DNA of 53,112 nucleotides, the filler included, from Bipalium vagum (lineage: Eukaryota), in the NCBI GenBank assembly GCA_037834085.1. It is 3 parts of 3 records of this genome, joined end to end, with 100 filler letters (N's around TTAATTAATTAA, not from the genome) between each part and the next. Parts side by side here need not be neighbours in the genome. Positions count along the whole stretch, not along the records: positions 1 to 16,763 come from JBBMKC010095230.1; positions 16,864 to 33,598 come from JBBMKC010096420.1; 1 more part is not named here. One strand, 5' to 3'. The translations under genes were made by a program, and so were the position numbers. Under the pieces are notes generated by a model. It made no database searches. It was given only the letters and a program-made list of their open reading frames with translations, and was not told where the DNA came from. Within the stretch, counting starts at the first letter, position 1. Each line of letters starts with the position of its first letter. Of the stretch, positions 9,846 through 22,788 are shown one piece after another.

Positions 9846-11957
9846 ATATTTATTTGGGCGATGAAACGTCGGTCGCCGTCCAAGAAATAAATATTCAAAA
9901 TGATCGGTAATCGACCATTAGAATTCAAAGAAAATTGTATCCAACCCTTTCGTGGAAAAAATTGTAAATAAATTCATTTATAAAATAATTCGTTTCCGTC
10001 ATCGAAAACTTTTTCCAGTTCGATTTAAAGTTAAAAGATCCTTTCATTAAATCAACCGACCTTTTTATGAGTATTCGTCTTCATAATTGGTTCTGTTCAC
10101 GGAAATATTTAAAAACGGTTCGGAAATCCAGCGAAAATTAAAACAAAGAGAGTTTTCCGCTGGTTTTAAATAAATTCTTTTTAATAAAATCAGACGAAAA
10201 ATACGTTTAAAATATGACAGCAAAAGAATATTCGAAAGAAAAGGAAATGTTATTTAAATAATAATAAAAATAATATTTATTTAACATAATTTAATTAAGA
10301 AGACAAATTAAATTCGAATTTAGATTCAAGAAAACATTTAGTAAAGTAGTGTAGTTTTTAATTTGACGAGTTTCCTTAAATCCCCACTGTATTACTGACA
10401 GAGAATAATTCGTTTGTAAATGATTTAAAACGTGTCTTTAGACAGTTTGACATTTCATAATCTAACTTAATTAAATTTGGTCTAAAATATTAACACAAAA
10501 CTGGATCTGGCTTCCAATACCTTTTGGTTGGGTATACATTACGGAACGAAGCACCACAGATTCAAGTATATTCAAAACCCCATCATAAATTAATGATATA
10601 TTATTTAGATGGTTGAAATTCTATTTAACTGCCGCTAGGTCAAATTTGTTTAAATGTTTTAAATGTAAAATTTCTTTTAACAGGTTTATTTAATTTATAA
10701 AATTATTTTTTCTACTTCAATTACTCCCAGATTTATTTCTGCATTTAAACCCATTTCATGGGTGCTTGTTGATTTTCAATACATTTTTTTCAACTACTCG
10801 GACGACGATATTTTTATCAAAAGATATCACCAATTGACAAAACCCATCGACAGAAAAGCAGCCAAACTATCGAAAAAACATTAATGTGATTGTGACGGAA
10901 TGATTTCAGTCAGATTGTCGAAAAAGAGTTCAAATAATATTGACATTTAAAATTATTAATATGAACATATTAACATTCATTTTGAATTGAAAATAATGCA
11001 CTTATTCCCGACCCAATAAATCAAGGTTACTAAAAATTGAGTTAAATAGTTACTTTAAACAAATGCAAAGTGTTGCACTGATATCGAATGAGATATCTAA
11101 CTAGTTATCCATACACGTACTTCTTAAATATTTTAAAATATTAACTAATACATGTACCAGAACTTAGCATAAATATTCAAAAATGAACAAGACTCAATGT
11201 TCACACCTTTTATCAATGTGTGCCAATCAAATTCATTGGAATTCGACAATCTTTAGAATTCCAATTTGATTTATACAATTCAAAAAATATTACGAACTCC
11301 AACTCATCAAAACTTATTTTAGTAAATTAAACATCCGTTAATTTACAGGTTCTCTATTTTAAAACAATCACCCACTCCAATTATACGAGCCACTCGTTAT
11401 ATGAATAACTTATATTTTCTTAATTTTCTTGGAAAGTCTGTGGCTGTCACATTGAACCTTAACTAAATGGCAAGGTAGTCCATTATAAACATCCCCGCAG
11501 AAGAATAGAAGAATGAACCACCTTTTGTTCGTTTGAAAAACAAGAAGAAGTCTAAAAAGAATGAAGCAGCAGTTATAAATTTAATGAAATTATTATTATT
11601 AGCCATTTCAAATTGGGTAAACGTTTTAAAAATTTATTATGATTAATATTACTCTGATTATTTAAATGGTTATTAATACATAGCCCATTTAATCAACGTA
11701 CTCCACGCACGAACTCTGACCGTGAATTTTTTCTCTCAGTGTAAACAACGTCACACCATCAGTATTATGCTTTTTTCTACATAGGATTACCACGTCACTT
11801 CAAAAAAGTAATACAAACGCAATTAACGACTACCTTTGTTTATTCAACTATCAGAACATTCTTTCCTCAATACCCAACCGGCCCTCTAAACACAACTCAA
11901 CACTATATAAACATCTAACCATTAAACTCTCATCTTCGTCTCAGTTTTCTTAAAGGA

Positions 11958-12330
11958 TTAGGTGTACAACTATGACTCCGACTTTTTTTTAATAAGAAAA
12001 CAAAGACATTTATTACAAATTCTATTTTAAAACATTTATTGAAAATATGTTCCATTGGAAGCTACAACTTTTGCTCACCTTTCAGGTAACGAATGAATTC
12101 CATGAAAGAAAAACTCTGACTCTTTTGATGAAATCCAGGTGTCAATCCAATTTTTGAGGTCTTCAAGGGAACTGACTCGCTGATTGCAAAGAGCGGAACA
12201 AATGGTAAGCGGAAGGAGCGATGTCTGGTGAATCTGGCGGGTGAGGTAGGACTTTGTACCTTCTAAGTAATTATTTACAACTGAATTAACCTGTGGTCTT
12301 GCAAGAAAAGACAAAAAAGCGTACTCATCA
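11958..12330 (-). mobile_element. Mariner (DD34D) transposon remnant, 3' end with TIR
   Basis: Frameshifted VLPHPPDSPDIAPSAYHLFRSLQ (cf. YSPDLAPSDYHLF) and EDLKNWIDTWISSKESEFFFHGIHSLPER*AKVVASNGTYF. TIR-like TTAGGTGTACAAC at 11958. Confidence 0.9.
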
Positions 12331-12779
12331 AAGAAGAACTGCAATGGTCCTCTCCATCTCATTGTATGAAAACATTTCTACCCAGAATCTGTACTTCAGT
12401 ATAATGTTGGTACATTTCTGGGTTGGCAGCAGCCGCTATCTAATCCTTTATGAAAATACAAAATTCCGAGCATTATCGTAACTTTATTCGTTATCCACAT
12501 TTCTAAATTTGTGTCTTTTTATATTTTTTTATCTTTCATGTTTTTAAAGTTAATTTCCATATGATGTGGCACTTTCATTTAGAGTAATTGGAGCTTTTTA
12601 TTAACGTTATCACGAATTATTAGATCTGGCCTAAGTCTTGTGGTTTTCCAAGTTCGATAGGTTTCACGTCTATGTCTAGACTAAATCCAATGTCTTAAGT
12701 ATTTTCAGCAAAAATCTTCTAATACATTGTCATGTTTTATATTGTTACCTAAAGGAAATGATTTACAGTGATTCAATAT

Positions 12780-13545
12780 GTGAACCTGAGTTTATGGTGT
12801 GAAAATTCCAGGTTTTGCCAAAACAGTACAGATCCGTTGTACAACTTAAGGAAAGCTACAATAACTTCACTTAAATATTTTGATGAATAGAAATAAAAGA
12901 TCCACTTTTCCTTCCCCATGTACAAATTGTCTGCCAAATTAAAAATTTCTTTGAATATTTATCAAGGTTGCATTCTTTAAATTTATTAGAAACGTTTCCC
13001 AGTTCATTGGCAGTGCAAATTTTTGTGATGGTATCTGATTAAATTCTGCCTTTACATAGGTCTCACCATCCAAAATGACACAGTCGTATTTGTAAATAAC
13101 TTTATCATATAATTTACGTGCTCTGATTTTTGCTAATTTATTCTGCTTTTCTGTGCGATTTGGTGCAACATTAACTTTATATGAATGCAGTCCAGCCTGT
13201 TTACGGACTTTGTGTACGTAGGACGAAGACATATTCACTTTTTTGGTAACAGCCCTCACCGAAAGTCTTGGATTACGTTTTGGATAAGATTTGAATAAAA
13301 TGATCAAAGAACGAATATCAACACTAGTGGCCGCAAAACACGGGACACATCTGTTCAGCTCATTGAAATCACTGATCCAGCCCGTTGGTGACCGCGGTCC
13401 TGATATTCTCATTTGACTCACGTGATGTGAAGCTTGATAAATATTATTTTCAATGTTTTCATTGCTTTATGTTATCCAGAACATTGGGAACACGATTTCA
13501 TTTATTTCACATATAACCATTTTCATTCTTCTGCCATTTTGACAT
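12780..13545 (-). mobile_element. Degenerate Tc1/mariner transposase, DD37E (ITmD37E-like) type
   Basis: ORF 12939-13421 has HTH-like RNPRLSVRAVTKKVNMSSSYVHK, then AKIRARKLY and CVILDGETYVKAEFNQIP (cf. MDDETYVKADF.QLP of DD37E elements). Downstream frameshifted KFLIWQTICTWG and VLFWQNL. Boundaries approximate. Confidence 0.75.
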
Positions 13546-13554
13546 TTTTTTTTA

Positions 13555-16500
13555 TTCCAAAGATTCTCCGGCATGGAAACTAAAATCTTCAACCGTGCTC
13601 TGCAGACCACCGGTTTTTTGTCAATCACACTGTCCACGAGTCAGAGGGGCCAGTTGGATAGGCTGCATCCTCTGTTGACAAAATCAACATTTCTCATCAT
13701 CATCTCGCAATTTGGAATTGTCCCTACTTCTGAAAGGTGAAATTAAATGTTTGTGCAATTAAATCGCATTTAATTAACTCCGCAATATTCGGCCTCGGTG
13801 AGCACTGTCACGCTTGATGATTATAACAATTGAACAATTCTACACATCCAAAGGACAAATAATTAATTGACAATGACAAAGAGAAATAATAATGAAAATA
13901 TCGAAGAAGGATTCTGTTACTGTTAATATTGTCCGTCGGGGACAATGAGGTTTGACTTCTTTTGTTTGGAGGTAATCCGAGGATGAATTCCGTTAGTCTA
14001 ACAAAACAAAGGATGTGGTCAATACGAAGAGTCTCTTTGTAGACCTTAATATGTGCTGGGTTGACAACATCACGCAAATATTTATATCAGTTTATTCTGC
14101 CTGCGAAGATAAAAGTCAGTTTACTCTAGGGGCAAATAACGATTATTACCTCTTAGCTAAGCTTCATTGGGGTGGGGAGTAGCCAATTTTACGAACTATT
14201 TCTATTATTCTTGAAGGAAACCCGCAGTGAATACCTTTTTAACAGCTATTGTATTTTAAACATTAAATATATTTTTATGTGGTACTATTTTCATCTATTG
14301 AAATGTGAAATGCTTAGCTCACCCTTACCTATCGTGTTTATTAAATTTATCGTACTAAAAACTGTTTTCTGTTGAATCAAAACAACCCCAATAAACGCTT
14401 ATCTCGATTCTCACCAAAGTGATTCAACACAGTCACAAAAAACCCTTCATTACATTTATAACCATTCTCAATAACACATTCAATAATCACACGGACCACA
14501 GTCAATATTTGCAGCTCACAGAAAAGTACACCAAAGGTTCTGAATATATCTCTCATATCAACCAAATCGAGCATCCGTTATGCCAAATGACAATTGATCG
14601 AAACGTTAATCAAATGTCAATCCAATAATATGAAATTAGGTAGAATACCAATTAAATTCTCGTACCCTCAGCAAAATAAGTCCTCGAGTCATTTTTAAAG
14701 TAAGACGGTTTTACGTGCCCACTTTTAACAATACCTTAATGAGGTTTCATAAAACATGTTTACTTCAATCACGAAGAGAAACTCAACGTTCTTTTACAAG
14801 GCTGAGGATGCTCTTTTTGTCACACTATTTCCCCTAACATAAAGGGGTCACCGAATTATTTAAAGTTCCCTTTTGAAATCGAATTAATCGATGTCAAACA
14901 TGTTTGGACGAAAACCGTCCTTTGAGTGAGGTCACATTTAAGACAAGCTAACGGCGGACTCCGACAAAAAGGGAAGTACCTTCTCAACCACAAACGACGG
15001 AAGAAGTTGTTCAGCAGGACATGGTCAGGGCCAGTTCCGGAAAGAATCATTTCATCATGAAGATTGTTTATCTTCTTGTGAAACCTGAGAGAGTGGCAAT
15101 TGAAGCTCACTCCTTCCAAAGGCTCATGTTTCGGTATAATTATCCGGGATACTTTTTCAAGCACCCTAGCTTGCTGTACCATAAAATATGATAGTAACTT
15201 CAATCTTGAAGCGACAAAAAGGTTCTGACCATCAGAAATGATGCACAAAGAGAAAGCAAGGCGGAAGCCACCTTTTTTAACACAAGATAGATATGAAATA
15301 TGAAAGGTCGTTTTATTGTAAGCCGCGCTCCGTTTGCGGACACAAATACCTCAATGAAAGGGGCACTGGAAATGCAACTGATCATTCAAACCAGAGGCCA
15401 AAGCTGGAGGATATTTTTTTCTCCGCAAAAATGGAGAGGTTGGATTCCTAACGCTGCCTCGAATACGACCTCCGATCATGTATGATCCACTTCGATCCAC
15501 CGTCAGTCCTCATACCATTTACACAGTAGCCCATGAGAGCTGGCCACATGTACGGTCGGTCTGGTCGACGTCCAACCGTGTCTCACCTCCGTGACTGTGA
15601 CCGACCCCTCGACAATTGATCCATTGATAACGTTTTGAATGTCTTCCTTCGTCTTTGCCTCGAAGGAATTTTCTCGAAGGGGATGTTGATCAATTAAATG
15701 TTAGTTTTGATGTTGCTAGCGGAAGGTAATGATGATCATTGAGGACTGCGGTGATTGAAAGGGATTAATGAATGATTTCAATATTGGCGCACGTACGTCT
15801 TTCATATGTCATTTTCATTTCCTTGAATGAGCTCTGATTTCAAAAGCCCTTAAAAACCACTTTGAGCTAATAAAGAAATTGAAGTCACCATCTCTTCTTA
15901 GTGGACAAACCAAGGACGACAATAGAAAACAAGACCTCAGACATTGGAGGGGTATTCCTCACTTCCTTTCTAATTGTAAAATCCTTCGCAAAGCTCTCCA
16001 TCCGAGAATAAGGCTAGGCGGTCCATATTCAATTAGTAGACCTTTGAAAGAAGGGTTCGAGTCCGGGTCGGGTTTTTCATCAGCCTGATTAATTGGGGAG
16101 ACTGCAGAGACAACAACCCTCGTTTGGCCCACTGGACCATAGTGAATTAATTCAATTATATTCCACCGGTTTTCAATCTATTCAACATTACTCCTTCTGA
16201 CACTTTCCCCCTTGTATCTCCATCATCTGGTCGTCAAACGTTACCACAATACACAGGGATTCTATGAGATGTCCACGCCATGCCTTTGTATGACAGCATG
16301 GTCTTACAGTGGTCTGTCCTTCAAACTGGGAAAGATTTTAAAGACTGAATTTACGTCCCTTTCCCATAGTAAACTTTTCAAAACATCCAGCGAAAGATAA
16401 CGCCTGTCTCCTCTGTCAAAGTTACCCAAGGATCATTTGTCACTAGAGCCGACTTTGACATGATTCTGGAGAACCACAAAGCAGTTTTCAAAAAAGTATT

Positions 16501-16720
16501 ATCACCTTCCTTTTCCATTAAAACAGAGAGCGAAAATGTATCCCGAGAGCACTGGTACAGCGCCTTCCCAGTCCTCTCCCAGCGGTGTTATCCTGTCTCA
16601 AGCAGAACGATTTTTCCTACCCTTCCCTCAGGCCTGTCTCTCCTTCCTCTCTTCCTGTGAGGAGACCCTTCTTTTGTCTCAGCTCATGTCCTCATTGATT
16701 TGCAACAACAGCCCTTACGG
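13555..16720 (-). CDS. Probable compact multi-exon gene(s) of unknown function with micro-introns
   Basis: GC is visibly higher than in the flanks, and several minus-strand ORFs occur (13808-14077, 14377-14574, 14856-15248). Frames can be linked through short GT-AG segments such as 16326-16354 (29 nt) and 16014-16041 (28 nt). No recognisable domain; exon structure and gene number are not resolved. Confidence 0.4.
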
Positions 16721-16763
16721 CAATCGATAAACGACACACTCCCTCTTTTTATTATTATTATTA

Positions 16764-16863
16764 NNNNNNNNNNNNNNNNNNNNNNNNNNNNNNNNNNNNN
16801 NNNNNNNTTAATTAATTAANNNNNNNNNNNNNNNNNNNNNNNNNNNNNNNNNNNNNNNNNNNN
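16764..16863. other. Artificial contig spacer (44 N + TTAATTAATTAA + 44 N)
   Basis: Exactly 100 nt. The central palindromic 12-mer gives stops in all six frames. Identical to the spacer at 33599. Confidence 0.98.
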
Positions 16864-16939
16864 CTTTATTTATGCTCGGATGATTGTATTTGTGATTTTT
16901 TAATTAAATTTTTAAATATTAAAGAATGTTTTTTTGTAT

Positions 16940-17004
16940 TAGGGTCGCGTTCAATTAGTCCCTTCAAAATGGGGTCGCGATTCAAAACAGTTTGAGAACC
17001 ACTG
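16940..17004 (+). mobile_element. hAT (Charlie/Buster-like) element terminus
   Basis: GGGGTCGCGA...AGTTTGAGAACCACTG; the reverse complement CAGTGGTTCTCAAAC is a typical hAT TIR, and the subterminal GGGTCGC motif is duplicated. Confidence 0.7.
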
Positions 17005-17829
17005 CTTTAATTAAAAATTAACTAATAAATCATAAATGAATAATTAAAGCTGTAGAATTATTAGGACAAGATTATAAAATTTATGTGATATAAAAAAATT
17101 TTTTAATAAAAAATTAACCTTTTGTTGATTATAAAATTATACATTCCGCTTTAGGAATATTTTGATCATACCATAAAATTTTGTGGCATATATCAGCAAA
17201 CAGATTTCAAGTTTGAATTTTTCAATCAAAATTTATGGAAAAAAACAAAAAAAAAATAATAATTTTTAATAAGTTATGTGAATGATAAAAATTTTAGTTT
17301 AATATTTCTTATTGTATTATATAATCGGTTTCTTTATAAAAATTAAAGCACATGTTGCTTCATGGAAAATCAAATCAAATATTTCGTGATCTTGTTTCAG
17401 TACTTTCTCAATAAATCTAAATATTAAAGAAGAGTATCCACCATGAATAATTTTTAACTGGATAAAAAGAATTATCATTTAATAAAATACTGTATACATA
17501 ATTGACAACGTTGTTAATGTTATTCAAATTTCCTTTAATATAATTTTTTTTAACTGCGGATAATACACTGCTGTGCAAATTAATTAGAACAGACAACATT
17601 TCTCATAAATTATAAAGAAAAGATAAACCTATCAAATTTGCTTGAACTTATTTTTTTCTTAACTATATCTATTTTGATCAATTAAGAACATTTGTTTTAA
17701 ATATACTATATTGTTTGATGTAACTAGACAAACTCTCGAAAAACTGTTATTCTTGCTACATAATTGTTAGTTTTGCTATTATAGATATTACGCCAGAAAA
17801 GTGTGCTAAATTAGAATCATTTAACGTGA

Positions 17830-18050
17830 ACACATTTAATGTCAACTTGTTCTGTTTGTAGTTCTGGCCAAAACGCTCATCATGGTTTCATTGGTTTTTT
17901 GTTGACTACGTGGTTTCCAAGATTGTCTACTTTTACCCTGATGAATAATATTACTTTCGTCAATAACGAACACCATTTCTGTTTTCATACATTTCTGCAT
18001 ATCCAACAACTTCAAGCTTCTTCTGGGCAGGCGTGATTTTCTTAACTTTG
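17830..18050 (-). mobile_element. pogo-like transposase N-terminal remnant (Brinker-type DNA-binding domain)
   Basis: Frameshifted ITPAQKKLEVVGYAEMYENRNGVRY / IDESNI / AFWPELQTE resembles the YTAxFKLxVIxYAExxGNRxAARxFxVDESNVR...WPELE pattern. Confidence 0.6.
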
Positions 18051-18086
18051 ATATTTTAAATATTAAATAAAAACTTACTGAATATA

Positions 18087-18350
18087 CAGGATGGGCGCTG
18101 GAAGACTGGAAGATTTTTAGTAAAACAAATTTACATTTAATCCAAATAGCTTTTTTGAAACATACAAACTTGGAATTTAAGGTTTTCTAAGTCCGGAAAA
18201 TAATGTCTTTTAAATGACCACCATTTTCTTCCTCACAAGAAATTGACCTTTTTAGGTCATTTAAAGTCACTGCAACCGGATATTTTTTTAGCTGTTGAAT
18301 TTTTTGAGTTTTATTTATATAAATCCTTCAGTCTTCCAGCGCTCACACTG
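18087..18350 (-). mobile_element. 264-nt internally deleted Tc1/mariner element (MITE-like) with both TIRs and TA flanks
   Basis: Left CAGGATGGGCGCTGGAAGACTGGAAGATTT versus reverse complement of the right end CAGTGTGAGCGCTGGAAGACTGAAGGATTT. TA on both sides. Interior encodes CEEENGGHLKDIIF, a DD41D/rosa-like C-terminus. Confidence 0.85.
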
Positions 18351-21300
18351 TATATGTATCACACCTGTATTGAATGATCAAGTGCGGTTTATACATGAGT
18401 TGTGGGTTATAAGCAAGACTTTAGGGTAATTAGTAATTTTATACATATTAGGATATATAAATAAATTGTATAATTAAACTGTCTATGATTTTATTTTGGT
18501 TTTTACAGAATTGATAATCTTATCTATATAAAAATCAAAATAGTTTTAAAAGATAAAAAAATAAACTCTTGGATAAGTTTTGTTTAAATTTCTCACTTCA
18601 TAATAATTACATTTTATATTTATCTTATTTACTTTGATTTATTTAATGTTTTGACATTATTAATAATTTTAAAAATTACGCATTTATACAATTTTAATCC
18701 AATATAATATACTTGAAAAACAATTAATATAATATAATTTTAATATTTAATATTAATATTAAGGTTTGTGTCATATTTTGTTTTTGCTTTGTATTAAATT
18801 TATTATAACAAGTTTTTAATTTGAAGAAAGAATTACAATATTAATGAAATTATTAAAAATGATAAATATAATAAAATTCAATAATAATATTAAATAAATA
18901 AAGAAATAATTAACATTTTAATGAAAGATTAAAATCTAAAATTAAACTTTTTTAGAAATCCCATTAATTATTTCGAAATATACTCATTTTTAGCCTCTTC
19001 AATTTTTTATAAATGTTTAATTATATTAATAAACTAAATAAGTTCAAATCATTTTGTTTAATAAAAATTTTCAGAAAAATTAATAATTTACATAAAATTT
19101 TACTTTTTTGGCTATTCAAATTTAATTTTTAAAAAAATTATTTTAATATTAATTAATATATTATTAATATAAATAATAATAATTGCGGTTTCAAGTTATC
19201 TTATGAAAAAAATAAATTTGGGTAACACTTATATGAAAAAAATTTTTGTTTTCATTACATTTCTACTTAAAAAGTACATAAAATATTTATCAATATTGTA
19301 AAACGTCAAAATCTTTATACTTTTAATACATACTTTTTTTGAATGAGAACTATCACTTATATTTTATTGAACAAATCGTAATTATCGCACATGTTATTTA
19401 ATCAATCTAATTTAATCAGATGTCGATATTTTGTTTGCGCATTAACGAAATAGGTGAGTTAATTTATCATGAATGATACATGGTGTTCATATTACATTTA
19501 GAAATATGACTGGAATAAGAAAAACAGAATTTTATCCAACTATCTGATTTGGAAAGTGCTCGAATGGTAATGATAGAAGACAAAAAAGCAGTCACATTCA
19601 TTTCAAAGGTTCCTATTTAAATATTTTAAATATGAATCTTAATTTATATATTTACTTCGAGAAGATAAATTTTAAAGTATTTAATCACCTGCTTTTTAGT
19701 TTTAAAAATTTCAGAAATGGTTCTTAGCATGAACAATCCCAGAAACTTAACAAGATATCACAAACTGTTTCAGTCGATGGCACATGACCTCTCACACAAA
19801 AATGTTTCAAGAATTATAAAGATAAGGAGAGACGGAATAATGATATTAATTAATAAGATATCCAAAATGTGAGAAAATGTTATTAATAATCAATAAATTT
19901 GATAAATATTTCCTTAGACTTTGCACAATGTCATCTAAAAGGGTTATGTTGAGATAAGGATACATTCACAAACAATGATAAACACAGTAAACATTTTGGC
20001 AAAACCAAAAATATAATAATGTTAAAAATATATAAACAACAGAGATAATGATCATTTTATAAAGTCCTAAGAGAAAAGCAAAATATAATATAATTTTTAA
20101 TATATGAATTTTATGAAAATAATAATATTTTGGAAATCATATTCTAATAATGTATCCAAGTTTTTGTATTATTTGTTTCTTTTATGTAGTTCGCGAATAC
20201 ATAAATTAGCCTCCCCACATAATAATAAATAAATAATATTTTTACTAATAATAAAAAGTTTAAAATTTAAATTATACATAATAAATTATTTTAGATTTAA
20301 ATCAGAATATTAAAATATTATTTTTTAATATTTCAAATCTCATTATAGAATATTTTTCTTAATTTCAATTTTTTATTTTAATTTATCTTTATGGTATATC
20401 CCGTGTTTTATTAGTGATGTACACAATATGTTTGTTAAGCTCTTTAAAAAAAATAAAAATAAAAATAAAATAATAATATTAGAATTACACAAAATTTATA
20501 CATTTAAAATAAATTCTCCAAAAAAAGTTTGCAAATCTCCTTTTTCAAGAATATGAAAAAAAGTTAAATTATTATTCACATTCTGAAACAAGAATTTTAA
20601 AAAAATCCACAACCAGTTAATAAAAACAAAGATTTCTTTAAATTTTTTGTCCAGTTTATATGAGAATATTTTATAAAAAAAATATTATATATTTTATATG
20701 TTGATTCCAATTAAAATAATTTTTCCAGAATATATAATTTTGCGTAAAAAATGAAAATTAATTTCATAATTATTGATTTTTCACAATTACTTAGGACTAT
20801 TTTAGTCGAGTTTCTAATTACATTTCAATAGAATTGGTTTGAAAGAATATATTAATATTCTCCAAAGAATGATCTTGTAGTGATGGAAATAAATAAAACC
20901 AGTTTAGAGTTTTTGAAAGATAAACTGAAAGAAAATTATTAATTAATTTAATTAGTAATAGAAGAAAGGATTCAATTTATTTGGAATATTAGAAAGATGA
21001 TTTGCCAGAAACCACTGTTGCCTCATCATTGGTAACTGAATTATTAATTATTCGTAATATTTCCTTAGAATGAAAAACAATGATATGCAACGCAAATTCC
21101 AAATATTTAATTATAAATTATAAAATGACTTAAGTATGAGTACTTTTATAATATTATTAATGCAGAAAATTAATATAAAGGTCATTTTTCTAAGTACTTT
21201 AAGAAAGATTATTATTTTTATTATGATATAGAAATATTTTTATAATTATTTATAAGGTCTTCCACTCTTGAAATTTCAATAATGATAAATTTGTTAATAA

Positions 21301-21398
21301 GAAATTCTTGTTCTGTTTTCTTTTTGAATCTTATTAAGCAGAAAGTATTTTTGTTTTTATAAATGAATTCTTAAAATGTTAATAATAATAAAAACCGT

Positions 21399-21421
21399 AT
21401 TATTATTATTATTTTTTTTTA

Positions 21422-21455
<34 letters not shown>

Positions 21456-21480
21456 ATTATTATTTTTTTTTATTATTATA
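21399..21480. repeat. Imperfect (ATT)n microsatellite
   Basis: Runs of ATTATTATT interrupted by T-tracts. Confidence 0.85.
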
Positions 21481-22329
21481 TTAGTCTCATCTATTGAAAA
21501 CTGAAGTAAAAACTAGTAAGAAAAAAAAATTTTAATTAATAATTTACTTTAAAATATTATTATATCGATATTTTAATATTTAAAAGAAAACTTAAAGAAA
21601 AAATGTTTTTATTTTAAAGTAAAAGATCTAACAGAAAACAACCCAGAAAGGAAAATAAAAAATCTTTCTTCTTATTATTATTAACGGAAAATGGTTGAAT
21701 AGATTTTCAATTAAAAATTGATTTCTTCGTTAAAAATATTTTTATTTTATGCAAACTGCACTTTTATTTGATTTAAATTTTTTTTAATTAAATAAAATAA
21801 ATTTTTGAAGGAATTAATAATTTCAACTTTTTCAACTTTCTATTTTATTATAAATAAAAGATAATTTGGAAAAAATTCTAAATATTGAGTTTATCACAAC
21901 TCAAGATAAAAATCTTTAATTATAAAAGGTATAAGTAAATTATTACATTCACTGTTTCTAATTGATTCTACAGTTTTTCTATTATTATTTTTTTTTCGGA
22001 CAATTATGTTCAGGTGAACTAGTCATCCGACTCATTATATTACTGCAGGCTATAAAGACTCTTCCTATTGTTGATTGAATTCTTTTGTGATTAATTAAAA
22101 TTTATCAAATGTCAATAAATTTGAATTTTTATTTTGTTAAAATCTATTTAAAACATTTTAAAAAGCAGTAAAACATGTATAAATTATAAAAAGACCTGTC
22201 TTTGTTCAATCTAATTGTGATTGGTACACTACCTTTACCTTATTTGGAGTCAGATTTAAAATATAAGCAACCTCATACAAAACGTAACACATTATATATG
22301 TTATAAAACGATTTTTTTATATTCAAAAA

Positions 22330-22788
22330 TAGATGTTAAGGAAATTGGATGCAGTTTTAAAGCTTTACACGATGTAATAAGAGAAGATCTAAAAATGTAT
22401 TCATATAAGAACCAAATTATCCATAAGTTACATAAAGAAATTATTCTGAAATAATTATAATGTGAAAAAAAATTAATAAAATCGATAATAATCAATCTTT
22501 TCTTCAAAATCTTATATTCACTGATGAAGCAACCTTTTTCTTAAATAGATATATCGACAATCAAAATATATACATGATCTAAAAAATAATTTTTTCAAGG
22601 CTTTTTGAAAGGTGTCAAAATGTTATGAATGACTTTTATAATCGTTTAAATAAGTATAATAAATTTTATAATCATTCTGTGGCAAAATATTGAATATATG
22701 TTACTGTGTGAAGAATTTGCAGTTTTATATTGGATTATTTTTTACGTTATTATATTTTACAATCGGGTAAATATTCATACACATCCTG
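22330..22788 (+). mobile_element. Degenerate DD41D/rosa-like Tc1/mariner remnant
   Basis: KEIGCSFKALHDVIREDLKMYSYKNQIIHKL and ILFTDEATFFLNRYIDNQN (cf. FSDEAHFHLNGYVNKQN). Ends in CATCCTG-TA. Confidence 0.75.

Noticed and set aside
11700-11957. TATA box (TATATAAA ~11904) and ACGTCAC motifs as a promoter
   Set aside because: Such words are common in AT-rich DNA, and no downstream gene is present (a mariner end follows).
16808-16819. TTAATTAATTAA palindrome as a biological site
   Set aside because: It is embedded symmetrically in N runs at two places; an assembly linker.
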